64,000 nucleotides of DNA from Clostridia bacterium (GCA_045588915.1 JAZNFA010000003.1:45407-109406); one strand, 5' to 3'; numbered from the stretch's first letter, positions 49,360-58,078 are shown. Made by a program: numbers and translations. The notes: generated by a model from the letters alone, not told the origin.

Positions 49360-49642
49360 TACGCAACTCCGTCACTTGACGTAAACATTCATTGATTACA
49401 GCAATAACTAAATCTTCTGTCATTTCAACATCATCTGGATCAACAGCTTCTGGCTTAATATGCAAATCTAATAATTCATAAGCACCTGACATTGAAGCTG
49501 TTACCATCCCACCACCAACCGTTGCTTCCACAGCAGTTTCAGCTAACTCAGCTTTGGTTTTTTCCATTTGTTTTTGCATAGCTTCAGCTTGTTTCATTAA
49601 GCTTGCCATTTGTCCATTGTTACCCATTGAAAAATTTCTCAT
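49340..49642 (-). CDS. ybaB: nucleoid-associated protein YbaB/EbfC
   Basis: ...MASLMKQAEAMQKQMEKTKAELAE...VTASMSG. Downstream of dnaX. The start may be the internal MGNNG. Confidence 0.88.
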   Translation of the reverse strand: MRNFSMGNNGQMASLMKQAEAMQKQMEKTKAELAETAVEATVGGGMVTASMSGAYELLDLHIKPEAVDPDDVEMTEDLVIAVINECLRQVTELRNEKLPL

Positions 49643-49651
49643 AAATATAGT

Positions 49652-49972
49652 TTACACGATTTCTACTTTGTCGCCAAACAAATCCTTTAAGCGTGCAACA
49701 TATTCAGCATTGTCATCCTGCGCAACAACCGAACTATCTTGCAGTACTAAGTCAATATCTTCGCCAGCAATCTTTTTCATTGTAGTTAAATGATTTTTAA
49801 TCATATTTTTTTCGGCTTCATTATGCATCTTCAAAATTATTTGACCGTCACCAAATGACACATCATCCATATTACTTAACAAACCAAACAAAGCAAAATT
49901 CTTTTCAGCACGTAAGGTTTGTAAAATTTTCACCCAGACTGCTTCTAAATTTTCCACAATTATGCACCACAA
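49652..49972 (-). CDS. stand-alone DnaX C-terminal domain ORF (up to 106 aa; start TTG 49972 or GTG 49957)
   Basis: ...AVWVKILQTLRAEKNFALFGLLSNMDDVSFGDGQIILKMHNE...VARLKDLFGDKVEIV resembles the conserved C-terminal end of Firmicutes DnaX. It is in the -1 frame relative to the dnaX ORF and overlaps it by 13 nt. Confidence 0.6.
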   Translation of the reverse strand: MWCIIVENLEAVWVKILQTLRAEKNFALFGLLSNMDDVSFGDGQIILKMHNEAEKNMIKNHLTTMKKIAGEDIDLVLQDSSVVAQDDNAEYVARLKDLFGDKVEIV

Positions 49973-50970
49973 GCAACTAATGCTGCTGTTTCAAAATAAC
50001 TATGTGGGTCATTGGCGTATTTCAAAGTTGTTTCCAAATTAGCAAAAATACGTAACGCCGTTGCCAAACGTGGACTGGGTTTTTGAACATAAGCATCCTT
50101 AATTGCATTTAATGTCCCATTTAAAATGCGTGCCGTACCCGTTGAACTATTGAAAATTTGGTTTACCGTATCACGCACAGCTTGTGGTTCACCTGCCACT
50201 ATTTGATTAACCAATTGTTGGAAAATTTGCGCATCAAGACCACCAACCACTTTGTTAATCATTGCCGTCGTAACTGCATCTTTTCCACAATATGCCGCCA
50301 CCGTATCAGCAAAAGATAAAGCATCACGAACACTGCCTTGACCTTCCTTTGCAATCAAAGTAACCGAAGCATCATCAGCAACAATCTTTTCTGCTTGAAA
50401 AACTTTTTTCACAACTTTTTCAATTTCACCCAAAGCTACATTTTGGAAATTAAAACGCAAACAACGACTTTGGACAGTTGGCAACAATTTATGTGGTTCG
50501 GTTGTTGCCAAAACAAAAATCACGTGCGCTGGTGGTTCTTCCAAAGTTTTCAACAAAGCATTAAACGCTGACCCCGAAAACATATGCACTTCGTCGATAA
50601 TGTAAACTTTATACTTACCGACAACAGGTGGATATTTTACGCTTTCAATTAAGTCACGGACAGCATCAACACCATTATTACTTGCAGCGTCAATTTCAAA
50701 GATATCCATACTTTTATTTGGATTTTGACACCACGCACATTTGCCACAAACTTTTCCATTGTGAAAATTCTCGCAATTGACAGCATCAGCAAAAATTTTC
50801 GCGACCGAAGTTTTTCCAGTACCACGTGTTCCACAAAATAAATATGCGTGTCCAATTTTTTGGTTAGCAATTTGATTGCTCAAAGTTCGGGTAATAAAAT
50901 CTTGACCAACAACTTCAGCAAAATTTTTTGGACGATAAACACGATAAAAAGATTTTACGTTACTACTCAT
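49960..50970 (-). CDS. dnaX: DNA polymerase III clamp-loader subunit, gamma-like short form (336 aa)
   Basis: YRPKNFAEVVGQ, GTRGTGKTS, zinc module CGKCAWC, IIDEVHM, SRC sensor (QSRCLRF). Confidence 0.92.
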   Translation of the reverse strand: MSSNVKSFYRVYRPKNFAEVVGQDFITRTLSNQIANQKIGHAYLFCGTRGTGKTSVAKIFADAVNCENFHNGKVCGKCAWCQNPNKSMDIFEIDAASNNGVDAVRDLIESVKYPPVVGKYKVYIIDEVHMFSGSAFNALLKTLEEPPAHVIFVLATTEPHKLLPTVQSRCLRFNFQNVALGEIEKVVKKVFQAEKIVADDASVTLIAKEGQGSVRDALSFADTVAAYCGKDAVTTAMINKVVGGLDAQIFQQLVNQIVAGEPQAVRDTVNQIFNSSTGTARILNGTLNAIKDAYVQKPSPRLATALRIFANLETTLKYANDPHSYFETAALVACGA

Positions 50971-51740
50971 TAGTCGCGTTGCCTCTTCATAAATTCAAAT
51001 GCTAATTCACGATAAGCCTTCGCACCAGGACATTTTGCATCATAAACACAAATTGGTTTTCCATAACTTGGTGCTTCTGCTAAACGCACATTGCGAGGAA
51101 TTTTTGTATTAAAAACTTTACGACCAAAGAATTTTAACAATTCGGCTTGCACTTGTTTAGTTAATAAATTGTTTGTCATCATCGTCACCAAAACACCTTC
51201 AATATCAATATCTGGATTCAAGCCTTGCTTCTTAATTAAGCGAATCACACGCACCAACTGACTAATACCTTCCAAAGCAAAGTACTCACACAAAATCGGA
51301 ATAATCACAGTATCAGCAGCCGTCATCGCATTAACCGTTAACAACGTCAAAGTCGGTGGACAATCAATAAAAATATAATCATAACTATCACGAATCTTAT
51401 TCAAGCAATTACGTAAAATTTGTTCACGTCCACTCATACGTACTAACTCAATTTCTGCACCACTTAAATCCTGTGTACTCGGCAAAATTTCCAACCCTTT
51501 CACCGAAGTTAATTGAATCGCATCAGTTGGGTCAACTTGGTCACACATTACATTATAAACTGAAACAGTTTCATCAGTTACTTCCACACCAACACCACTA
51601 CTTGCATTATGTTGAGGGTCAAAATCCACAATCAAAACTTTCTTTCCTAAATCGTGCGCCAAATATGCAGCCAAGTTGATACAGGTTGTTGTCTTACCAA
51701 CCCCACCTTTTTGCATTGCCACAGCAACAATTTTTCCCAT
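50970..51740 (-). CDS. parA: chromosome partitioning ATPase ParA/Soj
   Basis: Deviant Walker A MQKGGVGKTT. 256 aa. The stop overlaps the dnaX start (TAATG). Confidence 0.92.
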   Translation of the reverse strand: MGKIVAVAMQKGGVGKTTTCINLAAYLAHDLGKKVLIVDFDPQHNASSGVGVEVTDETVSVYNVMCDQVDPTDAIQLTSVKGLEILPSTQDLSGAEIELVRMSGREQILRNCLNKIRDSYDYIFIDCPPTLTLLTVNAMTAADTVIIPILCEYFALEGISQLVRVIRLIKKQGLNPDIDIEGVLVTMMTNNLLTKQVQAELLKFFGRKVFNTKIPRNVRLAEAPSYGKPICVYDAKCPGAKAYRELAFEFMKRQRD

Positions 51741-51862
51741 TTTTTCTTGAACTCCTTTCGCTTTTTACCTTACCAGCATAACATATAACAAAATTTTTTA
51801 CCAGTTTTCTGCCAAATTTATAATTTGGTACAACATATAGTGTAATAATATATTATATAATA

Positions 51863-52771
51863 CTATATCTTGTGGTTTTTTAAATAATTAACCACTCTTT
51901 CCAGTTCTTCAGCCGCATAATAAGCAATTACAACCTTACCACGTTCCAAAGTTCCGTCAATTTTGACCTTTGTACCAATTGCACGTGACAAGATTTTTTC
52001 TTGTTCACGAATTTCCGGCGCTTTGCTTGGTTTAGCTTTGCTTGTACCAAAATCAAAAGAAGTTGTTTTTCCTTCGATTAAATCTCCCAAAGCACGCACC
52101 GACAAACCTTCATTCACAGCACGACGCGCAAAGTCAATTTGCTTTTGTTCGTCGCTAACACTCATCAAACGAATTGCGTGACCAGCTGTTAATTGTTGAT
52201 TACTAATGTATTGTTGAATCTCCTGTGGCAAACTCAACAAGCGTAAAGAATTGGCAATTGTACTACGTGGCTTTGATAAACGCTCAGCAACCTTTTCCTG
52301 TGTCAATTTGTGTTCGTCCATTAATTTCTTAATTCCTAACGCCAACTCAATCTCATTCAAGTCAGCACGTTGTAAGTTTTCAATAATTGCAATTTCTGCT
52401 ACTTGCTTCGGATTAAATTTCTTAATCACAGCTGGAATTTCCACTAACCCAGCCATACGCGCTGCACGCCAACGACGTTCCCCAGCAACAATCATAAAAC
52501 GATTTCCCACTGGGGTGACCAGGATTGGTTGAACTACGCCATAAGTTTTAATACTTTCTGCTAACTCTCTTAAACTTTCTTGATTAAAAACTTTACGTGG
52601 TTGATCGATATTATTATCAATCATTGCAATTGCAATTTGTTGCACACCATCATCATTTGCATCTTTTACTTGTTCATTACCAGTTACATCACTCATTGGT
52701 GTTAATTCATCGTCCAAAACGATACCACCAAACAATGCACCCAGACCTTTACCTAATTTTTTTTCTGCCAT
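51863..52771 (-). CDS. parB: ParB/Spo0J family partition protein
   Basis: KGLGKGLGAL, QPRK, the GERRWRAA CTP-binding box, and HTH ...STIANSLRLLSLP. Unusually located upstream of parA. Confidence 0.88.
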   Translation of the reverse strand: MAEKKLGKGLGALFGGIVLDDELTPMSDVTGNEQVKDANDDGVQQIAIAMIDNNIDQPRKVFNQESLRELAESIKTYGVVQPILVTPVGNRFMIVAGERRWRAARMAGLVEIPAVIKKFNPKQVAEIAIIENLQRADLNEIELALGIKKLMDEHKLTQEKVAERLSKPRSTIANSLRLLSLPQEIQQYISNQQLTAGHAIRLMSVSDEQKQIDFARRAVNEGLSVRALGDLIEGKTTSFDFGTSKAKPSKAPEIREQEKILSRAIGTKVKIDGTLERGKVVIAYYAAEELERVVNYLKNHKI

Positions 52772-52808
52772 AACTTAATTGTAAATGTCTTTCACAAAAA
52801 AAGCAAAT

Positions 52809-52824
52809 TGTTTAACGTTAAACA
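52809..52824. promoter_or_regulatory. parS-like 16-bp perfect palindrome, copy 1
   Basis: TGTTTAACGTTAAACA, extended to the 22-bp palindrome AATTG...CAATT. It lies 38 bp upstream of the parB start. Confidence 0.7.
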
Positions 52825-53331
52825 ATTTTAATAAAAATACCACAAAAAAACAGCGACATAGACAACATTTTCCGAATAAACATTCAAACTCAGACAAAAG
52901 TTTTAAAAAAACAAACCAAACATAAAAACAAACAAGACAAATTTTTACTTATTCTCGCAATCATCAAAAATGACAAACAATAACTAAATACTGCGTACAT
53001 TCAATCTTACAAAGGTCTAATTCATTTATTTGCCGTTTCATTTTTAACACCTTTCAGTTTATTAAAACTTTTTTTACCAACATCACATTTTCAGAATAAG
53101 CAACACAAAATTTCAATTGAACAAATTGCATCACATTTGATTACATATATTTTACAGTGAATATTTTTATCTAGCTAAATAAAAAAACATTAAGTCATTA
53201 CAATATCAATTTTGCTTTGTCATTTTAAATTAGTTTACACACACAAACAAGGACAAACAAGCGATTTACAACCCTGGAAGTTATTAACATTATCAATGTA
53301 AACAATTATTTACAAGTCAATCAAGTTTAAT

Positions 53332-53347
53332 TGTTTAACGTTAAACA
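53332..53347. promoter_or_regulatory. parS-like palindrome, copy 2
   Basis: Identical TGTTTAACGTTAAACA with AATTG/CAATT flanks. Confidence 0.7.
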
Positions 53348-53473
53348 ATTTCAATTTAAACATAACGACAAAACACCTTAAAATAAAAAAGAAAGTTATT
53401 TACAATCACAATGTAAATAAACCTTAGTTAAAACTAACATAATAATTAACATTACTTTATTATATCAACACAT

Positions 53474-53489
53474 TGTTTAACGTTAAACA
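53474..53489. promoter_or_regulatory. parS-like palindrome, copy 3
   Basis: Identical 16-mer. Confidence 0.7.
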
Positions 53490-53562
53490 ATTCCCAAAAT
53501 ACACATAAGATTAAGGCAAATAATTTTTCCCTATTTAACACAAAAAAGCAGGCATTCGAAAA

Positions 53563-53578
53563 TGTTTAACGTTAAACA
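53563..53578. promoter_or_regulatory. parS-like palindrome, copy 4
   Basis: Identical 16-mer. Confidence 0.7.
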
Positions 53579-53610
53579 ATTTATCTTATCTGAGATTAAA
53601 CATAGCACAC

Positions 53611-53640
53611 TTGACATAATCCGACACCAAAGGGTATAAT
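53611..53640 (+). promoter_or_regulatory. cvpA promoter, leaderless geometry
   Basis: TTGACA (53611-53616), 18 nt, TATAAT (53635-53640), 6 nt, ATG 53647. Confidence 0.65.
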
Positions 53641-53646
53641 AAAAAT

Positions 53647-54213
53647 ATGAAAGCAGGATTAGTAGCAGATATCATTGTTGCAATACTTATTCTCATTAAC
53701 TTGATTGTTTGCACACGTCTTGGTTTTGTTCGCTGTGTACTTCAATTTTTTTCAACTATCTTAGCGCTATCTGTTGCTTTGTTATCAGCAACACCTCTTG
53801 CAAATTTCTGTGACAAAAATTGGAACTGGGTTTCAGCAATTGAGAATTGGCACATTCCATTTATTAGTGCAAACACAATTTTAAAACTGCTAATTGGAAT
53901 TGCTGTTTTTGTTTTAGTACGTCTGGTTTGTATTTTAATTGATAAACTCCTAAGACATTTAAAAGAAAAATTAAAAGCCGTCAATATCATCGACCGTATT
54001 CTTGGAACAGTTTTTGGATGCCTAGCAGCTTTATTTGAATTAACCTTAGCCTTTATTATTATCAACCAATTCGGTTGGGCATCAGCATTATCATTAACTC
54101 CCGAAGCAGGTGGATTCTTCGCTTATCGACTTTTTGAATTTTGTCGCACATATATGTTTAATATCATCGGCGAAATTTTTGCAATGGCTTCGGCATCAAC
54201 CCCAAAAATCTAA
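53647..54213 (+). CDS. cvpA: CvpA family membrane protein
   Basis: 188 aa. Four TM helices, with N-terminal ...DIIVAILILINLIVCTRLGFVR typical of CvpA. Confidence 0.7.
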   Translation: MKAGLVADIIVAILILINLIVCTRLGFVRCVLQFFSTILALSVALLSATPLANFCDKNWNWVSAIENWHIPFISANTILKLLIGIAVFVLVRLVCILIDKLLRHLKEKLKAVNIIDRILGTVFGCLAALFELTLAFIIINQFGWASALSLTPEAGGFFAYRLFEFCRTYMFNIIGEIFAMASASTPKI

Positions 54214-54252
54214 CTACAATCTTAATCGAACATAAAGTTATTAACATTAAAC

Positions 54253-54289
54253 AAAAAGTTACTTACATTCAAATTGTAAGTAACTTTTT
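54253..54289. terminator. bidirectional intrinsic terminator (cvpA / recF)
   Basis: 15-bp stem AAAAAGTTACTTACA-ttcaaat-TGTAAGTAACTTTTT. It overlaps the recF stop codon. Confidence 0.75.
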
Positions 54290-55329
54290 TAATCTGAACA
54301 GACAGTGCCGTTTTTAATTTGAAAGATTTTTCCAACCGGGGGAGCATCGGTTGCCGTGATAACCACCTGTGTATCGGCAATGATTTTTAGCAGTCTCTCT
54401 TGACGACTGCTATCTAACTCACTAAAAACATCATCCAACAAAAGGATTGGTTTTTCACCAGTCAAATCAGCAAATAAATCCAACTCGGCCAATTTAATCG
54501 AAAGAGCAACGGTGCGTTGTTGTCCTTGACTTCCGTACATACGCACATCTTTGCCATTGATTAAAATTGCCAAATCATCACGATGTGGACCTACCGTTGT
54601 GGTACATAATCGCATATCACGTTCTCGCGCATTTTCCAAAGCTTGCGCAAAATCAGTCGCCGTTTCATAAGTCAGACTGATTGTTTCTTGATTACCGGTT
54701 AATGCTCGATGCTTTGCAATAACATACGGTATTAGTTTTGCAATAAAGGCTTGGCGTTTTTGGATTAAAATTGAACCTTGCTTAATTAACTGCGCATCCC
54801 AAATACTTAATTCACGTAAATCGCACTTATTTTTCAGACTGGCATTACGTTGTTGCAAAATCTTATTATAACGGGAGAGTGCATAAAAATATGTTTTATC
54901 AATCTGTGATAAATCAATATTCATAAACCGACGACGATCGGCCGGAGTTTCTTTTACCAATTTTAATTCGTCTGGTGAAAAGAAAATACAATTGATTTGT
55001 CCCATCAACTCGGCAACTTTTACAATCGGCACACGGTTAATGGAAATTGATTTTTTTAATCCTAACCCCAACCGAATTGCAATTTCCACATTGCCAAATT
55101 TTTTTTGCGCATTAACTTGCACCAAAGCATTTTCTTGACCAAATTGAACCATTTCGTTATCACGTACCGTACGCCAACCACGACCAACGCAAGATAAATA
55201 AATTGCTTCTAATAAATTAGTCTTTCCTTGTGCATTCGGACCAACTAAAACATTAATGCCTGCATCCAAATGCAGAGTAGAGCATTGATGATTGCGAAAA
55301 TTATGTACAGTTAAACTGGTAATGCGCAT
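54289..55329 (-). CDS. recF: DNA replication and repair protein RecF
   Basis: MRITSLTVHNFRNH...GPNAQGKTNLLEAI...LLLDDVFSELD. Start re-picked to the ATG at 55329. Confidence 0.92.
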   Translation of the reverse strand: MRITSLTVHNFRNHQCSTLHLDAGINVLVGPNAQGKTNLLEAIYLSCVGRGWRTVRDNEMVQFGQENALVQVNAQKKFGNVEIAIRLGLGLKKSISINRVPIVKVAELMGQINCIFFSPDELKLVKETPADRRRFMNIDLSQIDKTYFYALSRYNKILQQRNASLKNKCDLRELSIWDAQLIKQGSILIQKRQAFIAKLIPYVIAKHRALTGNQETISLTYETATDFAQALENARERDMRLCTTTVGPHRDDLAILINGKDVRMYGSQGQQRTVALSIKLAELDLFADLTGEKPILLLDDVFSELDSSRQERLLKIIADTQVVITATDAPPVGKIFQIKNGTVCSD

Positions 55330-55343
55330 TACATATAGTATAC

Positions 55344-55375
55344 AAAAAAACCGTAGCAAAGCCACGGTTTTTTTT
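55344..55375 (-). terminator. intrinsic terminator after the 55396-55941 gene
   Basis: Minus strand: CCGTGGC-ttt-GCTACGG followed by T7. Confidence 0.6.
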
Positions 55376-55395
55376 ATAAGTTTGTTAGATTAAAC

Positions 55396-55941
55396 TTATT
55401 TAGCTGCTTTTGTTGTTTTTTTTGCAGGTGCTTTTTTTGGAGCTTCTGCAGGAGTTTCAACAGCTGGTTGTTCTGCAACTACTGGAGCTACAGGAGCTTT
55501 TGCAGGAATTGCAGTTGATTCTACGAAACGAGTAACACCTTTGATTAATGGATGTAAACCAAAAACAATGAATGGAACCCATAACATATAGAAACGAATT
55601 TGTGCTTCTTCACCAGCGAAAACAACTAAGTCTGCATTTTGGCATGAAGCAACAATAATGTAAACCAACAAAGCAAGAGTTGCGATGCCGCCGATTACCA
55701 TATAAATCACGCTAACAGCTTTTTTGCTTTGCAATGACTTAACGATAGTAATTGCTACCATACCGAAGAAGAATGCAATGGTCGAAACCAATAATGCAAT
55801 GCTGTTGAATTGAACTAACCAATCTTCTGATGAGAAAATTGATTTAGCATTGATTACCCATGCAATAACTGCAATCACACCGCCAATTAAATAAAGGAAT
55901 GCTAGTGAAAGTCGCGACCAGTTCTTACGAATAAAATCCAT
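55396..55941 (-). CDS. hypothetical membrane protein with an A/P/K-rich tail (181 aa)
   Basis: Four TM helices. SD AAAGGAG precedes the ATG at 55941. Confidence 0.5.
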   Translation of the reverse strand: MDFIRKNWSRLSLAFLYLIGGVIAVIAWVINAKSIFSSEDWLVQFNSIALLVSTIAFFFGMVAITIVKSLQSKKAVSVIYMVIGGIATLALLVYIIVASCQNADLVVFAGEEAQIRFYMLWVPFIVFGLHPLIKGVTRFVESTAIPAKAPVAPVVAEQPAVETPAEAPKKAPAKKTTKAAK

Positions 55942-56103
55942 GACATTTCTCCTTTTAATTTGGGCGCATCCCAAAAAATTTTTACTTAACGTAAATCTAC
56001 TTTTAGTATAACTAATTTTTTAATTTCTCACAAATCATTTTTAGCTTTTCTTCAATTTTTAACCTTGACAGGCCACTACAAAACTATGATAAGATAAAGA
56101 TAG

Positions 56104-57264
56104 ATGATCAACACAGATGTTGTTTTTCCTGATTTTCAAAATAGTATTGTTAATCTCGCATGTACGTTCGTCCAGTTTTTGGGACAAAAACCACAGCACA
56201 CCATCTTACCCAAACTTGCCGAAAAATTAAAACCAGATTATGAAAATATTGTCTATCTCGTGATTGACGGTATGGGCGCACGCATTTTAGAAAAAAATTT
56301 ACCAACAGAAAGCTTTTTCCGTCGCCACCAAATTCAAACAGTAACTTCTGTCTTTCCATCGACAACAACATCAGCAACAACTTCTTTAATCAGTGGGTTA
56401 GTACCTGCCGAACACGGTTGGTTTGCCTGGGCACTGAATTTCAATGGGGAAGTGGTCGAGTTATTCCGTAACCGTAATTTTTACACGAAAGAATTTTTAG
56501 CTAATCCGAATTTTGTCCAAAATAAATTGCCTTACCCAAATTTGTGGGACAACCAAACAACGTCACGTGCAATTTACACACTCTTTCCCCAAATTTCCTA
56601 TAAAAATTCTGCACCACACCAGCTGGAATATAATTCCTTGGGACAAATGTTCCGAAAGCTACACAAAATATGTAGTCAGCCTGCCGAAAAATTTATTTAC
56701 GCATATTATCCAGATTTTGATTCGACAATGCACCGTTACGGCACAACGGCACGACAAGCAAAAAAACTGCTACAAAAATTGGAACACAAAATTGAAAAAT
56801 TAGCCAAACGTCATCCGAAAACTTTGTTTGTGATCACAGCCGACCACGGTCAAACCGATATTCACGGTTATACCTATATCTATCAAGACACCGAAATTCA
56901 AAATTGTTTAGCACATCCGATTGCGTGGGATTCACGTGCCACATCTTTTAAAATCAAACCCGATTGCCACGAAAGATTCCAAAAAGCTTTCCAGAAATAT
57001 ACCCAAGATTATACTTTATTGACAGCCGAAGAAGCAATTCAAAAAGGTATGTTTGGCAAATTTCAATTACGTCCTGATTTACGCCAATATTTAGGTGATT
57101 ATATAGCTGTCGGTAAAGATACGGGCAATTTAATGGTACTCAAAGACCCACAAAAAAGACCATTGAATCGTGGTTCACATTCTGGAATGACAGCCGACGA
57201 AATGTATGTTCCTGTTATTGTCATTCAAGGTGGTAAACGCCAAAAAGGGAATAACAATGCCTGA
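56104..57264 (+). CDS. alkaline-phosphatase-superfamily protein (type I phosphodiesterase / nucleotide pyrophosphatase-like)
   Basis: VIDGMGARIL, FPSTTTSATTS (nucleophile Thr/Ser region), ITADHGQ, GSHSG. Confidence 0.7.
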   Translation: MINTDVVFPDFQNSIVNLACTFVQFLGQKPQHTILPKLAEKLKPDYENIVYLVIDGMGARILEKNLPTESFFRRHQIQTVTSVFPSTTTSATTSLISGLVPAEHGWFAWALNFNGEVVELFRNRNFYTKEFLANPNFVQNKLPYPNLWDNQTTSRAIYTLFPQISYKNSAPHQLEYNSLGQMFRKLHKICSQPAEKFIYAYYPDFDSTMHRYGTTARQAKKLLQKLEHKIEKLAKRHPKTLFVITADHGQTDIHGYTYIYQDTEIQNCLAHPIAWDSRATSFKIKPDCHERFQKAFQKYTQDYTLLTAEEAIQKGMFGKFQLRPDLRQYLGDYIAVGKDTGNLMVLKDPQKRPLNRGSHSGMTADEMYVPVIVIQGGKRQKGNNNA

Positions 57265-58072
57265 ATTACCCGAAGTCGAAACCGTTCGAACTGTTTTAAT
57301 ACCATATCTTGTGGAGCAAAAAATTTCCGACACAATTATTAACTTACCCAAAATCTTAAAAAACATTACCCCACAGGATTTTCAAACTAAAATAACAGGG
57401 CAGACCATCACAAATTTTACACGGCGTGGTAAGTTTTTAACTTTGCATTTACAAAACCAAGATTGCATTGTAATTCATTTTCGAATGACCGGAACATTAA
57501 CCATTGAAAACATAAATACGCCACCCGAAAAACATACACACATAATTTTAAATTTTACCAACGGCAAATCATTACGCTATATCGATTCACGAGGTTTTGG
57601 TCATTGGTGGTATTTTAATAAATACCAAGAAGATACTAGTGGTCAATTATTGCTTGGTCCTGAACCACAAAATGTAACATTAAAATATTTACAACAAAAA
57701 TTTAAGAACAGACAATGTCCACTGAAAAGTGCTTTACTCGACCAACACATTATCGCTGGCATTGGTAACATTTATGCCGATGAAATTTGCTTTCGTGCTC
57801 AAATTTTACCGACAAAATCCGTTGCCAGATTGTCTGAGCCAGAATTACAACGTCTAGTGGCACAAATTCCCACCGTAATTAACGAATTTATTCAAATCCA
57901 CCGTGTCCCATTTGAAGTCTTTGCAATTTCCAAAGGCAAAAGTTATCAAAAATCGACCAACCGAGCTGTTTACGGACGCAAAGGTTTACCGTGCGAAAAA
58001 TGCGGACACCCACTCACAGGCATCCGCATCGGACAACGCAGTTCGGTCTTTTGCGAACATTGTCAAAAATAA
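57257..58072 (+). CDS. mutM: formamidopyrimidine-DNA glycosylase
   Basis: MPELPEVETVR N-terminus and C-terminal zinc finger CEKCG...CEHCQ. Start re-picked to the ATG at 57257. Confidence 0.93.
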   Translation: MPELPEVETVRTVLIPYLVEQKISDTIINLPKILKNITPQDFQTKITGQTITNFTRRGKFLTLHLQNQDCIVIHFRMTGTLTIENINTPPEKHTHIILNFTNGKSLRYIDSRGFGHWWYFNKYQEDTSGQLLLGPEPQNVTLKYLQQKFKNRQCPLKSALLDQHIIAGIGNIYADEICFRAQILPTKSVARLSEPELQRLVAQIPTVINEFIQIHRVPFEVFAISKGKSYQKSTNRAVYGRKGLPCEKCGHPLTGIRIGQRSSVFCEHCQK

Positions 58073-58078
58073 AACAAT

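Noticed and set aside
49960-49993. Canonical programmed -1 ribosomal frameshift joining the two dnaX ORFs
   Set aside because: The 28-nt window in which both frames are open contains no X-XXY-YYZ heptamer, no A/T homopolymer, and no obvious downstream hairpin. Recoding cannot be supported from the sequence alone.
52809-53578. The 16-bp palindromes as Noc-binding sites, given that a ParB paralog sits upstream of parA as noc does in Bacillus
   Set aside because: The palindrome keeps G at position 2 and A at position 7 (and their symmetric partners). These are the parS-specific bases. The NBS consensus ATTTCCCGGGAAAT differs at exactly these positions.
52772-53646. The AT-rich parS-containing gap as the chromosomal replication origin (oriC)
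   Set aside because: No canonical TTATCCACA boxes and no dnaA or dnaN nearby. recF and most genes to the right remain on the minus strand, as do the genes to the left, so there is no strand-bias switch at this point. The ribosomal and recF orientations suggest the origin lies beyond the right edge. It is kept only as a low-interest motif observation.
54253-54289. The inverted TTACTTACA / TGTAAGTAA pair as a further DnaA-box-like operator
   Set aside because: It is the core of a 15-bp stem flanked by A5 and T runs, lying exactly between convergent cvpA and recF. An ordinary bidirectional intrinsic terminator explains it fully.
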